From: Octopus sinensis | Lineage: Eukaryota | Length of the DNA: 64,000 nt | Direction: 5' to 3' | NCBI RefSeq assembly: GCF_006345805.1 | Contig: NC_043006.1 | Span: forward strand, 68,324,001-68,388,000 | Shown here: piece after piece, positions 62,313 to 64,000 of the stretch | Position numbering within the stretch: position 1 is the first letter of the stretch | How the letters are laid out: every line of letters begins with the position of its first letter | Position numbers and translations under genes: made by a program | The notes under the pieces: generated by a model | What the model was told of the DNA's origin: nothing | The model's input: the letters and a program-made list of their open reading frames with translations, nothing else | Databases searched by the model: none

Positions 62313-64000
62313 AATTATTCACAGTTGCATTAATACTGGTGATATAGGATGGTTTTGTGGTAGGTTTAAAATCCTTTCCTTCTGATCGGGTGATACAGGG
62401 ACCATCTGTGACGTAACACTCTGAAGAGCAATTGTTCATGCTTGGTGTGGAATCATAGCGTGAATATGTATCCAATAACTTCTTCTCTAATTGAACAGGT
62501 GTTGTGTCCTGGTTTGGGGACACGGGAGTACTTAAACTTTTGGTCAGTGCTGCTTTATAGGTGGTTGTTCGTTCAGCAGGTGACTGTACTGGTGTACAGG
62601 TGTAGGTTTTATAATTATCCTGTGATAGCAGTCTCTCTGTGGTGCGGTGTTGTTTATAGTTCAATGGGATTACAGGTGAGGGCAAACTCACTTCACTGGG
62701 TTTGCTTTCAAACTGGGCAGCTCGAGTAGCAACACTTTCAAATTTAGTCCTAGAAGTAATTTTTTCTATTTCAGTTTTATACCTGTTGGAAGGTGAAAGA
62801 GGCACAGAAGATGGAGACTGTGTGTCTCTTTTGGAGGAGACCACACAGATAGTCCGCACTGGTGTAACACCAATGCTGTTCTGGTTATTAAGGGTGTTAG
62901 TGGTGGTAGTAATATTGTTACTACTACTGCTACCAACTGCACAAGGGGTAAACTCCATCTGTGATTTACGCTGAATAAGAACAGGTCTTTGGTTATATGA
63001 AACTGGAAGCACAGGGGCAGTGGAAGGAGCATTAAGGGATGTTTTATTTAAAACTGGTGTCCCACCCATTGTCTTGTAGATGACATGGCGGGACTGTGGG
63101 CTGGGTTCTTCTCGAGAATTGAGGGAGCGATTAAAAACACCATTAGAACTGTTTGAAGACTGATAAATAGAATGAGAGTTAGGTCGGTTCAGAGGAGATA
63201 TTTGTAAAGGAGGATGTACCACTGAAGCCACTGCTGAATGTATTGGGGTACTGTGGGTCGTAGTAGCTTTGCTAGCTTCCACAGTTGAACTGTGGTCATT
63301 AGTAAGAAAATCAGTCTTTGCAGACAGCCCAGGTGAGAAAGTATTTGCAAAGGAGGATAAAGATGAAGTGGTCTGAGAACGAGGTAACATTTTGTTCTCA
63401 GAAGAGATGGTACGTAATGTAGTTGAGAAGGTCTGCCGTGAATCCTTGGCATTGTACAATGGGCTTTGGAAATAGGACTCAGACCGACTGACATTCTCAA
63501 ATGATTCCCGTGATTGCAACACATTTTCACGAGATGTTCGCCTGCGACTGTTGCTGCCACTGCTTGACATATAGATATTATCAATACTATTAGATTTTTG
63601 CTGATCTTTCTTTGGTGGAAAATACAACCCAAAAGAGTATGAATCGATTTTTTGATCGGAAGTTTGAGCAGCACGTTGCTCAAACTCCCGCTTCCGATCC
63701 AAAAATGCAGCTTTATTCATGTTATCAGGTACAAGTGGCTCCCTCTGGAGGCTAATTCCTGATGAGAAAGATGTTGACGTCACTAGTGGAGATGGATTGA
63801 TTTCCTTGATGGTCGTTGTTGAGAAAATAGGATCAGAATGTTGATTCTCTCCAAATGTAAAGGAAACTTTTCTTTCTTTGACACGATCAGGGAGATAAAC
63901 AGTTGTTTCCTTCAGAGCAGACTGTGAATGAACGGCGGGTTTCACACTTATAACAGGAGTTGAGGTGGAGTGACTGCTTATAAACGTATCTGCTGATGTT
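62313..64000 (-). CDS. Large internal coding exon (>560 codons, open past the window edge) encoding a Ser/Thr/Pro-rich, probably disordered protein segment
   Basis: The 551-aa ORF in the track has a non-ATG start (GTG). The frame stays open upstream to position 64000 (TSADTFISSHSTSTPVISVKPAV...). The sequence is non-repetitive and more CpG-rich than its surroundings. It ends at AATAATT|GTGAGT, a canonical donor (intron starts at 62312, phase 1); the ORF tail CEYIFFC* is intron read-through. No domain recognised. Confidence 0.85.

Noticed and set aside
62442-63683. Overlapping ORFs (62442-62729+, 62702-62974+, 62766-63032-, 63189-63683-)
   Set aside because: They are shadow frames of the real exon.
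62290-63945. Assigning a gene symbol to the large exon
   Set aside because: Only low-complexity sequence is visible and there is no diagnostic domain, so any name would be a guess.

Overview
AT-rich eukaryotic genomic DNA packed with microsatellites, SINEs, LINE remnants and MITEs. The repeat families and the (TA)n/(CA)n/(AAT)n/(GAT)n density look like an octopus (coleoid cephalopod) genome; this is an inference from recognition, not a database result. The only convincing host coding sequence is a >1.68 kb Ser/Thr/Pro-rich exon on the minus strand at the right edge (62313 to >64000). It ends in a canonical GTGAGT phase-1 donor, so the remaining ~62 kb is most likely one or more very long introns, possibly containing short alternative first exons. 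Nearly all other ORFs in the track are microsatellite or transposon artefacts. Recognisable mobile elements are: several SINE or SINE-like families; RTE, CR1 and R4/Dong (REL-endonuclease) LINE remnants; a mariner DD34D transposase remnant; Tc1/mariner, hAT and three TTAA/piggyBac-like MITE families. The most unusual signal is a set of decayed type I hammerhead-ribozyme (HHR) motifs of the Penelope/retrozyme kind. The clearest is a 210-bp foldback at 25822-26032 made of two outward-facing HHRs, one per strand, whose inactivating mutations are complementary. No prokaryotic-type system (CRISPR, operon) is present.
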